Shown: piece by piece, positions 1 through 15,517 of the stretch | How the letters are laid out: every line of letters starts with the position of its first letter | Numbering within the stretch: position 1 is the first letter of the stretch | Source: Pelomyxa schiedti | Lineage: Eukaryota; Protista; Evosea | Assembly (NCBI GenBank): GCA_020536535.1 | Contig: JAHLWZ010000733.1 | Coordinates: 62,001-126,000 of the forward strand | DNA length: 64,000 nucleotides | Reading direction: 5' to 3' | Notes under the pieces: model-generated | Database searches by the model: none | What the model was told of the DNA's origin: nothing | What the model saw: the letters and a program-made list of their open reading frames with translations, nothing else | Position numbers and translations under genes: made by a program

Positions 1-878
1 CCCCAAATGATTCACTACCTGAAGCTCCCCAAATTGCACCACCTGACACTCCCGCCACTCAAATGCTCCCAAAATGCACCGCCTTGCTCCAAATGCACTC
101 CAAACTGAAGCACCACTCTCCACACAAGTAACATGCTCTTAATGACCACTCTAGGTACGATTCTCCTTGTCAGTGTCACACATTCACCTCTCTTGTCTTG
201 GTTCTTTCTGAAATCTCTCTGGGAAGTGCAATGTTGGTGAAGGGAGCTTGAAATTCTGATTGACTGTCAGGAAGAGGAAGTGATGGCATGCATGGGTAAT
301 AAGGGCAGAGAAGAGCGAGAGAGTTGGTTGTTGGCCTAGTGGGACGTGAAATTACCTTAGAGCGGATCATGTAGTAGAAAGGGCCAAGAGAGGTACTGAG
401 GTGGCTGGTAAAGGAAAAAAAGCGGTTAACAGATTGTGCTACTAGCAGGATTGTTGCACATACCGAGAATTACACCAATAAGAGTCAACATGTCAGATAT
501 CATAAAGTCAGTTACCAAGCTAGAGGTATTGAAGGAACTGAACGTTGTGACAATTGATCTGTGGGTCCCTCCCCAGAAACCAGTCTGATCAGAATGAGAG
601 ACTCTGTGGTTGTTTAATGGTTGATCTATATACTACACACAACTGATCTGGCATAACGAGAGTTATTTTACGTGTGAGCAGGAAGCAAAAGTCACGAACT
701 CAAGTCAACTTGAGGAAACATTGTCTGATGTAACCTGTTGGCCCCTCAACAGTAACGACCAACGTAACGGATAACGGACAGTTCGTTGCTGTTGCTTATG
801 ATGCACCCACAGGTTGATGAACTCCTAGCAACCCAACCGTAATCTGTGGAGCGGAACCTGTTGGGCTGAGGTGAAGGA

Positions 879-1379
879 GTGTGTCACTCTCCCAGAGGCC
901 ATGTCGTTGTGGGGCACCCCCCACAAAAACCCATCTGGCAACCCTTTTCTGGCAGGGAACTAATTGATTTCCAAGTGGTTCGGTTGGCAGAGACGGTTAT
1001 GGTGTTGTGCGCGTTGGGGTTGTGCCACGGCGAGCTCGGTTGTATTTTTTCCCCGTCGGCGTTGGACCCGACACGGGCCGCACCTCTGCGGGGACACTCG
1101 CACACAATAAAAACCAAGCGGCACACGCGAGCAACTACCACGTTTCTGGCCAGAAGCAACGCTTCCGTAGTCGCAGATCTGGAGGTGTGGATTTTGCCAC
1201 ATATCTGGATCTCTCACTCTCAGTCCTCACAAGTGACGCGTGTGGCTCTTTCATCCTGCTGCCACCTCCACGTAACCACGCAACAGCCAGGACTCCTCAA
1301 TTGCTGGGAACTTTCCAAAATATTGCCACGTGTGTTTCCCTCAAAACCAAAATTCAAAACTAAAGGCCATAAATTATAA
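879..1379 (+). CDS. Hypothetical ORF (166 aa), function unknown; may not be the true coding frame
   Basis: Longest ORF in this region, with a GTG start. No recognisable motif. Competing ORFs on both strands. Confidence 0.2.
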   Translation: MCHSPRGHVVVGHPPQKPIWQPFSGRELIDFQVVRLAETVMVLCALGLCHGELGCIFSPSALDPTRAAPLRGHSHTIKTKRHTRATTTFLARSNASVVADLEVWILPHIWISHSQSSQVTRVALSSCCHLHVTTQQPGLLNCWELSKILPRVFPSKPKFKTKGHKL

Positions 1380-1623
1380 AAAAACGACCCACTAGATCTC
1401 ACGTGATTAGTTGATGCCTTCTTTACAGCAAGTATACGTTTTGTCCTCGTCGTCGTCGTCGTCGTGCGTTGATATATTACGCACCGAAGGTAACCTCCTT
1501 CCACACAATACACGTTGATTACATCACTCACGCGGTTTCTTGGTATCTTTTAAGTGTCAATGTCTGCACTTTTTTCGTTTTAACTTACTTCACACTCTGT
1601 TTTCTTTATTCATTTCATGTGCA

Positions 1624-1746
1624 GAACACACCACCTTTTCTGGGGTCGATTGATTGGTCCCAGAAAGGGTGTTCAAGCAAGAGCGGACTTTGGCGGCTGC
1701 ATGAAGCACCTTTTCTGGGGTCGATTGGTCCCAGAAAGGGTGTTTT
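1624..1746 (+). repeat. Direct duplication of a ~40-nt inverted repeat (two hairpins, 1624-1674 and 1703-1746)
   Basis: Shared core CACCTTTTCTGGGGTC-GATT(GATT)-GGTCCCAGAAAGGGTG. Copy 2 forms a 20-bp stem with a 4-nt loop, containing 15 Watson-Crick and 5 G-U pairs. Confidence 0.9.
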
Positions 1747-1873
1747 GGCTGGGGCTCTCTGGGCATGTGGGTGTGGCTCTTGTTCGAAGAAAAAAATTAT
1801 GTGAAAAGCAAAAATTGTGAACTGTATTGGAGAAGCTGTGGTGTGTGCGAAAAGGCACTAGCCACAGAACCCC

Positions 1874-2884
1874 TTACGAAAGGAATGATGTGGACAAAGG
1901 GGGAGTGCGCAATGTGGGGTGGAGAAGAGTAGTAAGGAATGATTGCGTTGGTGTGGTGTTATTATTATGGGTTGTTTTGCTCCGCAAGGTATACCGGGAT
2001 TTGTATCCACCAGTGAACCACAACGGTTGTCGGAGGTGGTTGCTGGAGGAGTTGTGCTCCGTTCCGCACCGCGGCGAGTATATTCTCTGATGGCACACTA
2101 GCAAAGTCAGCACGGTGTTCTCGAAGTCCAGTTCTCCCAGGTGTATCTAGTACATAGTTCTCTGAGACTTACTGTAAACAGTTTGTTACAGATGCGGCAT
2201 TGACGGTAATTACATTCAACATTGCCCAACAACTCTCATAGACTGCTGAGGTATCACGGCATTCCAGGATATCTGAGAGTCCCATCTTCATCAGAATTAT
2301 TGTCACAAGTGTCCAAACACCTTTAAGGAGTCAACACGTCCATGCAAAGCGCCCTGTTGGTCACAATTTGGTTGTTGATGCAGTGGAACTTTCATGCTGC
2401 CATGATAGCTTGTGCGTAAGCCTTTTTCACTCCGCAAAGCCTTCGCCTTGTCCCTAGTTATGTGCTTGGGATACGATCCTCCAGACAGAAATGCACTGTC
2501 CTCTTTGCCACCAAGATGTAATTCCCAACCGTAGGAAACGAGGCCACCATTTCCACGTTTCTCTCCCTCCCCCGCTCGCTCACGTCCTCTTCCCAGTTGG
2601 GTTGGTAAGCAACGTGCCATCCTCCCCACAAGTTGCCGGTGTAAAAAGAGAGAGGCTGCATATATCAAGTCACACTCACACAAGCCATGCCACCACGTGC
2701 ACGACACACATTTCCCAGAAATCGTTGTGCCGTCCAACCACGCCACACCCAACTGCTGTATCAAAACAATGTGAATACAATAATAAACAAGACCGTAACA
2801 CTGTAATGTTGTCATTCCCCAGGCTCGCAGTATGGGGTTTTTTTTTTTATTCTTCAAAATCACATGATGGTGTGTGCACTTCAC
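1874..2884 (-). CDS. Possible spliced hypothetical protein; structure unresolved
   Basis: 193-aa ORF at 2303-2884, then a GTAAGT donor near 2172 and a further open frame at 1874-2113. No homology recognised. Confidence 0.25.
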
Positions 2885-3033
2885 CTAAGCAACGCGGAAA
2901 GTGTTCTTTCTGGAGAACTCAAAAGGGCATCGTTCATTAATTAAACAGAGGAGCAATGGTCCTTGTTGTTGCAATATTCACAAGGAGGAGGTACAAACAC
3001 AAAGGCCTCAAAGGAGTGCCCCGCCACAGTAGA

Positions 3034-4038
3034 TTAGCCACAGCAAGTTCCACCTTGGGATTGTGGTTCTTTGGCTTTCTTATCAATGTACACTGCGGTG
3101 TCAGTTTTGGTTATAGGTTTCCCGGCTGCAATCCAGTCTCTTGCAACTCCATCGAACAGCTCAGTTATTCCCCGCTGTGGAAGAACATGTTCAGTGAATG
3201 ATGTGAAGAACAGTGGTTGCCAAACCTGGGATTTGGCAGATGTCTCATAAACTGAAGTGGCTGGATTAAGGTTGTTCTGTGTGAGAAACAGGTTCATTTC
3301 ATCTTTACTAACAGCCCGGGGGAGTGAGTCCAGTAAATCACCTTGAGTGAAGTCAATGCTGTTCTTCCTGGGTTTTTGTGATTCATACATTTTGTCCCAA
3401 CAATATATGGCCTACAGGTTGGTTCATTGTCCATGACTTCTTTGAGCCAAAATTGAAGTTTCTCAAAGCTGTGGATATCTGTCACATCTAGCCATTTCTT
3501 AAGGGGAAAAATTGTATTACACTTTAAATACCGTAACACAACAGAGCTATTTTTGCATCTGAAAACAGATGAGGGCAACATAAAGAGAACATAAAGAGAA
3601 ACCTTTGTAGTATAAGCGACTCATGCTTTCATATCTGTTTTTCAATATTATTATTAATTTGACAAAGCCAAATTCTAGTGAACCTTTCCGAGCCAGCAGT
3701 GTCCTGGATTGGCATTATTTAATGTTGGTGTACTTCTGCAATACACACCCAAACACCCATGACAATTGTCTCTCTTCCAATTACAACCTTCTTTGCTCCA
3801 AACGCTCCCCCAACAGTCTTAGGACGAGGAAGAAGGGAAAAAACCCTCATTAGGACAGGGGGAAAAAAAAAAAAAAAAAAAAAGGAAAGATGTAATAACA
3901 AAAAAAGCACACAGGTTTCATTCCGTCGGTGTAACGACCCAGCAAGTACTGATTAATCAAGCACGTTTTTCCGGCATCGTGCCGACCCAACACTACCACC
4001 TTCACCTCCGCTCGATCTCCTCCTGGTAGTGCCGACAT
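3034..4038 (-). CDS. RAB24: Rab24-like small GTPase (multi-exon)
   Basis: Spliced product: VKVVVLGRHDAGKT (G1), TVGGAFGAKKV, WDTAGSERYESMSRLYYK (Rab24-type Ser in G3), SFEKLQFWLKEV, VGTKCD (G4), YETSAKS (G5), C-terminal TCCG prenylation signal. Introns are GT-AG. Confidence 0.88.
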
Positions 4039-4321
4039 TCAACAGCTTTTCTGTGTTTTTTCTTTTTGGTGTGTTGAGCAATGGTTAGTTTTTTGAGATT
4101 TGCCTTTCTCGAAGTTGGTTTTCGTAAGTTCTCTCGAACCACGAAAGAGCTAGAATCACCAATCCCAGTGTGAGTAACGAGATGATGGGACATTTAGAGC
4201 TATGGTTCTTGAGGGATGCCTCAGGGGCTGTGTTGATTCTGATACTGATTTACCGGCTTTTGGGAAAGGAAAAGCGAAGCAAGAAAAAAGAACAAAACCA
4301 AGAAATAAGAATACGGCTCGG
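4039..4321. promoter_or_regulatory. Probable bidirectional promoter between RAB24 (-) and SPG1/TEM1 (+)
   Basis: Divergent ATGs at 4038 and 4322, 283 bp apart. No specific motif identified. Confidence 0.5.
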
Positions 4322-5163
4322 ATGACGGAGAGCAAGAACAACAACGTGACCGTGAAAGTGGCCATGGTATGCGTGGGTAGTTAGATCTGGGGGTTGTCGG
4401 CAACTTCACGTTTAAACGGTTGCCCACAACAGGTTGGCGACTCACAGATTGGCAAATCGTCACTGATGGTGAGGTACGTGAGCGGAAATTTCAATGAAGA
4501 CTTCATCCAAACGTTGGGTATATATAAAACAAAAGGTAGGTGTTTCTGACCAGTCCCTCTTCTTTTATAGGTGTCAATTTCATGGAGAAAACTATTTCTC
4601 TGCGAAACAACGATATTACCTTTAGCATTTGGGATTTGGGAGGTTAGTATTCCCTTCCTTTCATCTAGTACTCAAAAGCTGCCAACAGGACAACGAGAAT
4701 TCGTGAGTATGCTCCCAATTGCGTGCAGCGACGCAGTTGCTATTTTGTTTATGTTTGATTTGAGTCGCAAGGCTACATTGAACAGTGTGAGGGAGTGGTA
4801 CCGGCAGGCCCGTCTATGCAACAGGGTTTTTCTTTCCTTTAAAAGGATCAACCCGTTTCTCAATTCCTTCAGACGGCCTTCCCGTTCTTGATTGGAACAA
4901 AATGGGATTTGTTTGTAACACTCCCTCCTGAAGACCAGGCCGAAATTACAAAACAAGTACACTTCCCGCAAATCTTTTTATCACTAAGTAGATCACAGGC
5001 TAAGCGGTTTGCCCAAGCCATGAAATCACCACTTATCTATTGTTCCGCATCCCGTGGAATCAACATCAACTCTATCTTCAAGATTGTCCTCAGCAAAGCT
5101 TTTGAGCTGACTTGCACAATCCCACAGAATGACCAACCTGGCGAGCCTGTGTTCTTATATTGA
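4322..5163 (+). CDS. SPG1: Spg1/Tem1-family GTPase (septation initiation / mitotic exit network)
   Basis: Spliced product: [21 protein letters not shown]...[17 protein letters not shown]...[17 protein letters not shown]...[25 protein letters not shown]...LIGTKWD...[12 protein letters not shown]. These are hallmark Spg1/Tem1 motifs. Confidence 0.95.
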
Positions 5164-5324
5164 TGCCGTTGTACCACCCCCTTTTTTTTTGGTGCTTTGT
5201 AAATTCCGACACTGTAGCACCATGAGTGCCATCAAAATAGAGTTGTTTGAGTAGGGATAAAAAAAAAGAAATTCTTTTTTTTTACTTGTTTGTTTGTTGG
5301 TTGGTACAAATTCTAGGGATATGT

Positions 5325-9580
<4,256 letters not shown>

Positions 9581-9965
9581 GTCGTGGCTGTCTTTGGGGG
9601 TGTACTTTTTATGTTCGATTAACTTTATTCTCTGTTGGTTCGTTGATTTATAGACAACCAAGGTGCTCTGGTTTCGTTTTCGCCCAGCGAGTTTTTCGCG
9701 ATTACTAATTCCCGTTATTGAACTGTAAAGAAGGTCTGTTTAACTTGCAGCACTAAATGAAGAAATTTCGCTTCAACAAAACAGAACCGACCAGATCCCT
9801 CAGTTGGCTGAATAAAAAAAACACCAGACCGCCGATCCTGAGCGATGATAAGGAAAAGTACAGCGTTCCGGTTTGTTGATTATTTTATCCAGCCAGTTGT
9901 TGACCAACTGCTCCTTCTGCTTGTTTCTGCAGAAACTCCAAACCCAGTTCAGTCACTTAAAAAAC

Positions 9966-12900
9966 TTAAGAAATCCCCTTGGAGACATTTTCTAACACAA
10001 TAGCAAGGGCCACCATTGCATTGGGGTCACCAGCATCAGCAGCCACCTGTAGAAATGACACTGCCTTGTCAGTGTCTTGCTCTACACCCAGGCCCTTCAG
10101 GTAACACACACCAAGGTTGTAAATTGCCTTGATCCTGGTGCCATCCACATCATCGGTTACAGAAGCCCTCTGAAACAGTGCCACTGCCTTGCCGGGGTCC
10201 TTTGGGACACCCTCGCCTTGCATGTAAAGCATGCCGAGATTGACCATTGCCTGTGGAACCCCGCCATCAGCTGCCCTCTGGAACAGCGACGCAGCGGCGC
10301 AGATATCCCGCGTGACTCCATCTCCATCCATGTAAATCATGCCAAGCATGTACAGTCCCCTGGGATTGCCGGCATCAGCGGCCCTCTGGTGCCATGCAAC
10401 TGCCTTGCTGATGTCCTTGCCAACGCCTGTGCCGAGGGTGTAGGATTTGCCGAGGATGGTCATTGCCTCTGCAACCCCGCCCTCGGCAGCCCTCGTTATC
10501 AATGTAATTGCCTTGCTCATGTCCTTGCCAACGCCCTCGCCCCTGTAGTAGCACATGCCAAGCTTGAATGTTGCGTGCATGTCGCCGCCATCAGCAGCCC
10601 CCTGGAACAGTGAAACTGCCTTGCTCAAGTCCTTGTTGACACCTTCGCCGGTGTAGTAATGCACAGCGAGGCTGTGCATGGCCCTGGTGTCACCGGCATC
10701 AGCAGCCCTCTCATACAATGAAATGGCCTTGCTGGGGTTAAACGCAGGGTGCTCCAGGGTTTCGTTATTAGGAGAAGTCAGCGCCGCCTCGTTTAGTGGA
10801 GCAGGGAGTAAGGCTGAGTGGTGTGTGGGCTGGTCCACTCCGCCTGAATATGACGGTGAAGGCGGAAGAAAATGTTGGGGAGGAGCCAAGTGTGACTGCG
10901 GGGAAAGACCCACATTCGAGCGATAAGATGAGCCTTTTTTGGGGTTCTGAGGATGCGGGAGAAGCGGCTGTGAAACTCTCTGAGTTTGATTGATGGAATA
11001 AGGTGTGCCTTGGTCCTTGGTGTGCATGAGGTGGTCGGGTGTTGGTGAGCGTGGCCGCTTACAAGGTAAAAGTGGAGAGCTTTCCAGTGAAGTGGATGCC
11101 GCTTGATCTCCAGGTTGTTGGGCTTCTCGGGACGTTTCTGGTGTGGCTAGCACATGTGAATCTGAGCTTCGAGGTGATAAACTTTGTATGGCAAGAGTAT
11201 TGGAAGTTGTGGTAGTATGGGGAGATTCTTGAGGCTGGGCCGAGGAGGCATGTTCTGTACGCGAGGGAACTTGTGCAGGTGTCTGCTCGTTAGTATCATT
11301 TTCATCGCCGGGAGAAGCCCTCAAAAAATGAGAGGCAGTTGATTGGACTTGTGGCTGTTGTTGTTGAATTGCTGCAGAAAGTAACTGTGTGGTGTGCCAG
11401 TAACTGTCAGGTTCGTGGGAGATATGCCTGGTCCACAATGCTTGTAAAATCAATTCAGGGAGTGTGGTTCTGTGGCGCTGGTTGATGACGGCTCTCACGA
11501 AATCCACATCTGTGGTCGTGAAGGATGCACTATTGCATGTGAGGGATGTGCAGACGCCTGGTTGTTGTTGACAACCAGAAGAAGTGGTGGTCGCAGACCA
11601 AGAGTTGAGATAATGAAGAACCAACAAAGCTGGGGAAAAGGACGGTTCGATTTCAAGTGCTCTGTTGAGAGTTGTCACGCAGTCTTTTTCAGCACCACAA
11701 AGAAGCTGACATGTTGCCTTTGTTGTCAGTGCTCCTGATTTGTTTTAGTTGTCAAAGAAAGGATTGCAAAGAAAAGAGAGAAGCTAAGGTAAGTGGCTTA
11801 GTTCTGACCTGGATCATCCGTTGCAGGTGTAACACAAGTGTAAAATGAGAGGAGTTCTGAAGGAGTGGGTGATATGAGGCTTTCGAGCACCTTAGATGCC
11901 TCTAATAGGGGCATCCTCTTTTCTGGATCACACTGAAGCAATGAACGAACAAGGTTGCAGAATTCCTTTGGGAACTCTGCTGGTTTCATGGGGAATAGGT
12001 CTTCATTCTCAAATGAAAATGTGATATTCCCACTGGCGCCATAACCTAGAGGATATCCCGGCAAGGGATGCTGTCCACCCATGGCAATTTCAAACAATAT
12101 GCATCCAAGTTCAAATGATGGTTGCTGTAGTTGAAGAAAGTAATGGTACAGTTTCCATACATAATATGAATTGATTCGGACTTCATACCTTCTTGCAGGA
12201 CAAGATGGACCTGGGACTTGGATTCTGTCTGTGTTGAGCAAGTCCATTGATGAGCTCAGGTGCTCTGTGACTCTGATTGCCCTGAGCTGCAATAATAGAT
12301 GCTAAATCACTCTCAAATGATTCACTATGAAATTTCATGGCACACCCAAGGTCAATCAAAATTGCCTGCTCTTTGTTCTGTTTTTTAAAACCGTTTAGCT
12401 GTGGCTTCAGTGGAAAAGGCGGCGCACAGAAGAAATGACAATATTGTTCAATTTCATGTCAAAGTGAATGGTTGCATTCCGGAAAAGATGAACAAGGCCA
12501 GCGCATATGTCCCTGGAATACTTGTGGACAATGGGCCACGGTGTTGCGGCTCCCAAAGGGTGTGTGGCGTTCCGGTCTCTCAGGAAGTGCTCCAATGTAT
12601 CTGAGTGATGCTCAAACACAACCCAACCGCATGCATGTGTCCTATTCCGCACTGGATCCCAGATTAGCTCCTTTATATGGTATGGGAGCAAATCATAATA
12701 CTCCTGTGGGATCCGATCTGTGAAGTGACAGAAATATCGGTTGACATTTGGATGCTGCGGCAAAGTGGCAGAAATAAGGTACTCGTTCTTTGAACAGGGA
12801 AGTTGCCAAAGTAAGTGAATAGAGTAAAAGTGAAGCAAGGCAAACTCACCTCAAAGGCGTTCTGAAGGTTTGTTGTGCTGACGCCGTATGTGAAGGGAAC

Positions 12901-13278
12901 TTTGAGCACATAAGACACATCCCTGAAGAAGTCAGGGTGCCATGCTCCAACGCACTTCACCTCATAGACCATGCCTGTGTTGTTACAAGTCAGTTAAAGC
13001 ACAACTCAATTGTGAATTGTTGTTGTTAGCCAACCGTTGCTTCCGAATCCGATTGGCCTGACGAGCCTGAAGTTGCTGGCCACAATCAGGCTGCCCATGG
13101 ACCGTTGTACGTCCGATACCGAGACCGACAGGGCCAGGCGCCTGAAGAACTCGTCGCGTTCCCTCATTACACGTTGGAATTCGTCATACCCCACAACGAT
13201 GCCGTGTGTGCCCCGCTGTGTGACTACGCACGAACTCGCTGAGGTGCTTGTTGTGTGGCCGCCCTGTGAACAGGCCAT
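9966..13278 (-). CDS. Protein kinase (non-RD) fused to a low-complexity linker and C-terminal SEL1 repeats
   Basis: Kinase motifs across exons: GFGSNG, YVLKVP, IHFDMKLNN, LIDLG, FELGCILFEI, LLQCDPEKR. A 1.7-kb exon (9966-11678) carries the SEL1 repeats. An alternative last intron could move the stop to about 9885. Confidence 0.85.
10010..10740 (-). repeat. SEL1-like (TPR-class) coding repeats, about 6 complete 36-aa units plus flanking partials
   Basis: Recurrent AM/AT/AI..LG..Y..G.GV..D..KA..LF..AAD.G pattern in the translation. Confidence 0.92.
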
Positions 13279-13412
13279 CAAGGATCGTTGGGGTATGAAA
13301 GATTAACGGTGCCGAAAGATTTGTAATGTTTTTTCGCCTAAATAAACAATTTGATGAGACAAAGAAGCGCAAGGGGGAATAAAATCGGCCTACAATCCAA
13401 AAACCTTGCCAC

Positions 13413-14735
13413 TCATTCATTATCTAGTGATTGCATCTCAACAGGGGATGCACACATAGCTGTGAGGGAATCAAGCACCTGCAGAGCAGTAGGCCTCTGG
13501 GCAGGGTCAGTGGCCACACACCTGCCGATCAAATCCACCAGCTGCCGCGGCGTCCCGCGGGCGGTGGCCATCTGCGGAGCCACTCCGGTCGTGGCGAGGC
13601 ACCGCAGCAGCTTCGGCTTGGGTGTCAGCTCCGATAGAATCACCCCAAACGCAAATATGTCGACTTTGGGGGAGCAGAAAAGCCGGTTCGCGCCGACATC
13701 CGCGTTGGGTGAAATTAGCCCCCTCCCAGTGCTGCAGCAACAGCGGGTTTCGTTGGCTGCGGCGGCGTCGCTGGGTTCCTGCTCTATGGAGCCTATGTCT
13801 CCCATAACTGCGCTGAACCCGGCCACGGCGGCAGTGGGTGCCCGGACGTCGGCGGCTTCCTCGAAGAGGACAACGGTCTCCAGCCTGAGGTTGGCATGCA
13901 CGCTGCGGTGTCGGTGTATGTCTTTGATGGCGCTTATTATGGTCTTTGCTATGGCCAGCGAGTCGGCCAGCTTCATGGTGGCTATGTGCCTCTCCAGGTG
14001 CTCCTTGAGTGTGCAAGTGAACCGGGGGCACACAACGCACCATACATCTGTATTTGGTTCCTGCCTGAATACTGTGCACAGGGGGAGCACGTGGCGTGAG
14101 CTTTGTGCCATCTGGAGCCAGTGGTATAGGTCCTCAAAGAACTCTCTCTGTTCATCTTTGCTGCACTTTCGGAAGTCAGTTACCTTGGTGTAAACAATTC
14201 TCCCGTTCCACATACCTTCCTGCAAGGCTGAGGCTGAGACAGGTGGCTTGAGAAGGACTGGTTGGTCGTGCAATAGATGGTCCTGTTGTTCAAGTGTCTC
14301 TGCGATCAGTTGCCCAAAGTTGAAGCGCATTTCTGACCAGTAGCGCTTCAGCCACATGTATTTATCTTCAGGGCAAGCCTTTATCATTCCTAGTCTCTGG
14401 GCACATAGGCTCCTCACTCGGGTACGATGCCTCTCAATAACCTCCTCGGCCTTTTCCCTGAGCACTCTTTCCAGTTCCACTCTTTGTTCTTCTACCCTGC
14501 CTGGTTCACAGAGTGAATCAAGCATGCTTTGTGCCACCAGCTTTTTATAGTCTGCATCAGCAGGTTTTGCCAACAACACAAAGTAATGCCATCCTTTAGC
14601 TAATCCACCTATCCATGCACTCCAAGTAATTCCAGCTCCCACATTTAAGATGATAGCGGCTCCACCTGTGAATGCAACTGCTGTAACAAAAGCAGCACTA
14701 AAAACAAGTATCCCAACACCAAACAGGCTTGCTTG
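13413..14735 (-). CDS. Hydrophobic hairpin + helical region + C-terminal pseudokinase (5' end unclear)
   Basis: Frame is open from 14735 to the stop at 13413. Segment SLFGVGILVFSAAFVTAVAFTGGAAIILNVGAGITW is hydrophobic. Kinase-fold tail has IHRHRSVHANLRLET, KVDIFAFGVILSEL and CVATDPAQRPTA, but lacks the HRD Asp and DFG. Confidence 0.65.
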   Translation of the reverse strand, partial: QASLFGVGILVFSAAFVTAVAFTGGAAIILNVGAGITWSAWIGGLAKGWHYFVLLAKPADADYKKLVAQSMLDSLCEPGRVEEQRVELERVLREKAEEVIERHRTRVRSLCAQRLGMIKACPEDKYMWLKRYWSEMRFNFGQLIAETLEQQDHLLHDQPVLLKPPVSASALQEGMWNGRIVYTKVTDFRKCSKDEQREFFEDLYHWLQMAQSSRHVLPLCTVFRQEPNTDVWCVVCPRFTCTLKEHLERHIATMKLADSLAIAKTIISAIKDIHRHRSVHANLRLETVVLFEEAADVRAPTAAVAGFSAVMGDIGSIEQEPSDAAAANETRCCCSTGRGLISPNADVGANRLFCSPKVDIFAFGVILSELTPKPKLLRCLATTGVAPQMATARGTPRQLVDLIGRCVATDPAQRPTALQVLDSLTAMCASPVEMQSLDNE

Positions 14736-15337
14736 TCAAGGCATGCTGCTCGCTTATTTCAAATGCTGCTGTTGTAAAGCAGAAAACGAAGCCATGTGGA
14801 CGATAAGCTGCTAAAAACGGAGGCATGAATGGAAAGATTATTCCTCCAATAGGGTCGCATGGTGCGTGGCCAGGTAAATCCACAAGTTCTATCCCAGCCT
14901 TCAGAAGGGGCACTGGGTATTCAACCTCGATTATTGTGGTCAATATGTCTCGCCTCATAGCTTCATTATCAACCCCTATTTTCCTTGTCATGGTAAACCT
15001 TGTGGTGAAGGGGCACACCTTGGAGAAGAGCTGTGCGATCAAGGTGTGGACGAAGCATTTCACCAACTGTTTGTGGAAGGTTACTGCCTTCTTTGGTACA
15101 GAGTTCACCATTGCAAAATCGGTGGTGTTGTTGACGTTGAATCTCCACTACTGCCACCAGTAGGGGTGCTGAGAGTGGTGGACTGGAAATGGTTACAGGG
15201 TCAGTGGAGCAATGGGCAACACAAACCCCGGCGAGGCGAATCGAAAGCAAGCCGTAACTGTAGACCCCGCTTCGACAAGCACAAGCCCGAGTACAACGTA
15301 GTGGGAGGACGGGTTTTTTTTTATTGCGCCAATCCAA
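14698..15337 (-). pseudogene. Truncated dynamin-like GTPase fragment, out of frame with the downstream pseudokinase ORF
   Basis: IIEVEYPVPLLKAGIELVDLPG (DLPG G3 motif) and RPHGFVFCF. No Walker A found upstream and no G4 downstream. The frame ends at 14698 and I found no convincing intron that restores it without removing conserved-looking sequence. Confidence 0.45.
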
Positions 15338-15517
15338 GTTGAAGCCAAGCAGGACTCAGGTGCAAACAAGAACAAGTGGAGACCAAAGGCATGAATTAAA
15401 CCTTAAGAAATTAATTTCCCCCTTGCAGCAACCCACAGGCCTTTGACCCAATGACCGCCGTTTTTCGTCGAATTTGATGTAATTACTAGTAAAGACCGTG
15501 CTCGGAGGCTTCGAACG

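Noticed and set aside
1-125. Imperfect CCAAATGCAC-like repeats at the window start
   Set aside because: Spacing is irregular and units are degenerate. This is not a CRISPR, telomeric or satellite array, and is probably low-complexity coding sequence cut by the window edge.
1410-1431. GTTGA...CTTTACAGCAA resembles the 5' end and 11-nt motif of dictyostelid Class I RNAs
   Set aside because: The motif is not adjacent to GTTGA, has a mismatch, and no complementary TCAAC 3' stem follows. A chance match is likely.
13351-14193. Long + strand ORF (280 aa), and similar antisense ORFs at 15356-16084 (-), 41477-42223 (-), 10077-10613 (+) and 55679-56238 (-)
   Set aside because: These are shadow ORFs opposite GC-rich or low-complexity coding exons and have no independent motifs.
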